Shown: positions 61,184 through 64,000 of the stretch, piece after piece
Layout of the letters: each line of letters begins with the position of its first letter
Numbering within the stretch: the first letter of the stretch is position 1
Source: the human T2T-CHM13v2.0 reference genome, Homo sapiens
Assembly: GCF_009914755.1 (NCBI RefSeq)
Contig: NC_060931.1
Strand: one strand, 5' to 3'
DNA: 64,000 nucleotides
The notes under the pieces: generated by a model
What the model was told of the DNA's origin: nothing
What the model saw: only the letters and a program-made list of their open reading frames with translations
The model's database searches: none
Translations under genes and position numbers: made by a program

Positions 61184-61688
61184 TGATGCAGTATTTTTAC
61201 TCCTTAGCTCAGCTAGGTCCAGGTTCTTGTCTCATGACCAGGAAGAATTAGGCACATGGACATCAAAGAGTGAGTGGAGTAGAATTTATTAAGTGAAAGG
61301 AAAGCTCTTAGCAAAATGTGGGGACTCTAGGGGGGTGATTCTGTTACCTAAAGACAGGAAAGTTCTCCCAATATGACTGAGCCTGGGGCTTTTTATGGAC
61401 TCAGAATAGGGAGTGTGTGCTGATTGGTTTGACAGTAGACAAAAAGGTCAAAGAGAAGATACCACTCAAAAGTGGGTACGGCAGTGGAGAAAATCAATTA
61501 GGAAAGGGTAGGTATATGTAAAATAGGTGAAGGATGCGAATTAATCAGAGGAAAGTGTGCCAAATGGGAAGCCAGGTTCTCAATACAGTCCAAGGATTTA
61601 CTTGGGACAATTTCTGGCTTGAAGGTCGGGTTTCACCAGACACCTGCCCCTATCTGCCTAGACATTTGTCTGCCTTCTGCCTCTATCA
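61184..61688 (-). mobile_element. Solo ERV1 (MER4-group) LTR
   Basis: TG...CA termini. Reverse strand begins tgatagaggcagaaggcagacaaatgtctaggcag. Antisense AATAAA (tttatt) and CCAAT (gattgg) present. Exact family uncertain. Confidence 0.75.
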
Positions 61689-62468
61689 TTATTACACTTT
61701 CTAGCATGAGGGAGGCCTTCAATAAAAATTCTTATGGAGGTAGAAAACGAGGATTTGAAGTGGAGAAGGGCCAGATTAAGAAAGGCTGTGCAGGCCACAC
61801 TAAGAGAAACCTGAAATGTTTCATTCCAGGGCTTGGGGAGGTAGCTGTACCTGGATAACATATGGAGGACAGATGGAAGGTCAGGTAAGAGAGAGGGCAA
61901 GGAGAGCAGAGGGACGGCTATCTCAATAGTCTGGGCAAAAATGAGGAAGCCTGAGTCCAGGCAATGGCAGTAGGGATTGGGAGTCAGTGGTAAAGAATGA
62001 GTTTGGAAGAACGGTGGTAGAACTGGTGGAAATTGATGAACACTGAGATATGAGAAGAAAGAGATAGGCAAGTGTCTACGACCACATACAGGGTCTAGCT
62101 TGGGTGACTTGGGTGATAGAAGAGCCACCAACCAAGATCATGGAATAGAAGGAAACTGTGGCTTGGGAGGGTTGTTTGCTCATTAGTGTGGAGATAAACT
62201 ATGAGCTCAGTGTTTGACCCAATGACTTTGAGGCACCAAAGACTTGGAGAAGGGAAGGAGATGGATAGGGAAGTGGCTATAGATGGGTAAAGGTCCAAGG
62301 GAGGAATTGTTTCTATTTATTCATTTATTTATTTACTACCTTTATTTATTTCTTTGGGCAGAGCAAAATATTTTTTTAGTCTTCCTAGCCATCTGTCTTT
62401 TGTTCAAAGAGATCTGAGTCAACTCCAGATGGGTCCCAGGAAGTAAGGGAGAGAGACCTGGACATGTT

Positions 62469-62864
62469 TGTTACCCAGACAGTGGGTGGGTTAGGTCACT
62501 TGGTGGGTATCAACCCAATGGTCACAACCAAGGAGGATTTAGCAAGGGGATTTTATTGCTTGCAACAAGTAAGTAAAATACCTGGGATATTTCCTGATGC
62601 AGTGCCTCCCCAAGCTGGCTGGGTTGGGTTTTATAAGCATAGGGTAATGAGGCATGATCTGATTGGATCCTGAATCCTGCCTTGTGGTGCTCACATCTTA
62701 ATTCAGTCCCCCTCCTGTGTCCAAGCACTTAGGTTCCCCCTGTGCTTGTATGCTTGGTTCATCTGAGCACGCTTAGGTTATGCAACCTGAGTCCATGGCA
62801 ACTGAAAAACAACTCATAACTTTGTTACATAAAAGTTGAACCAGATTGGTCTGGCATGGCTACA
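62469..62864 (-). mobile_element. Solo LTR (LTR47-like)
   Basis: TG...CA termini with exact 4-bp TSD tgtt (62465-62468, 62865-62868). Reverse strand begins tgtagccatgccagaccaatctggttcaacttttatgtaacaaag. Confidence 0.8.
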
Positions 62865-63680
62865 TGTTGGCAGCATGATGGAAGGAGCCAGAAGAGAAGA
62901 GGTTGAAGATGCAGGAGTGAGGGGCATCACTGGGGGATGGGTGAGATGGGAGGCTTAAAGCAGTAATACTCAGTAGGGTCCCCAGTCCTCATGGTTATCT
63001 AGGGGCAGAATTGACAGGGAAGCCTTGCTGGGGAAATGAATTGTGCCAATTATTCAATTACCTGCAATTATGAAAAGTGGTGTGATAGGTGGTTCTCCGG
63101 GGAGGCTGCATCTCAGAAATGAGATGAATTAGTTGAGCTCTTTGATGAGAATCTGATTGACCTCACCCCTTATTAAGTGAGCTCTGTTCATCCCATAACT
63201 CACCTTCTTTTAGGTTAATTGATTTAAATTGCAATCGATGGGCTCTCAACAGCAAATGTACAATTGCAGAGGTGGGAATTGGGGAGTCATCTTCCCTCTC
63301 TGAAAAGGAAAGTCTCTCTACCTCCTCTTACTGGTCTTGCTTGCTGACCCCAAGCACAACTTGGGTAAATGTTCTTGTCTCCCAAAAGTGAGAAGAGCTA
63401 AAAAACCCAATGCTTCTGTTCTGGTTAAAGAATAGCTCTGTCAGCTGCAGTGTATTACACTGTGGAAGAGTGTATGCTCTTTATACATAATTATGCAGAT
63501 TATAACAATTTGTTAGACTCCGAATTCATTTTAAAAAGAGAAAGACAGTAGCTTCTCTATATCCCACAGCCCTTTGCTCATCTATCTGTTATGAAGCTTA
63601 TCATATTATACTGATTTCTTTTTTCATTTTTATTATCCTCATAGTACTGTAAATTTTTCAAGAGCAAAGACCAAGTACTA

Positions 63681-64000
<320 letters not shown>

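Overview
Primate (human or great-ape-like) genomic DNA, based on AluY/AluS/AluJ, L1PA/L1M, L2, MIR, MER and LTR repeats. I can support no intact protein-coding exon. The long ORFs in the track are decayed L1 fragments, Alu frames or GC-rich CpG-island artefacts. The main functional element is a CpG-island promoter (~7360-8700, second CpG patch ~9230-9950) with a non-coding, ATG-free first exon on the minus strand (donor CAG|GTGAGT at 7888/7887). Positions 1-7887 are therefore probably intron 1 of a gene I cannot name, and ~10-64 kb is repeat-rich upstream sequence. That sequence includes a full-length dead L1PA6/7-like element, several solo LTRs and a candidate enhancer near 53.7-54.2 kb. I found no novel gene system. 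The most striking unexplained structure is four independent locally templated insertions (7050-7361, 16177-16450, 19381-19845, 49058-49370). Each is copied from sequence 0.1-13 kb away, three are multi-template patchworks with junction microhomology, and one sits at the tip of a palindrome. An 88-bp near-perfect palindrome and a fold-back substitution inside the L1 are also present. Repeat subfamily names are from recall of consensus sequences, not from a search.
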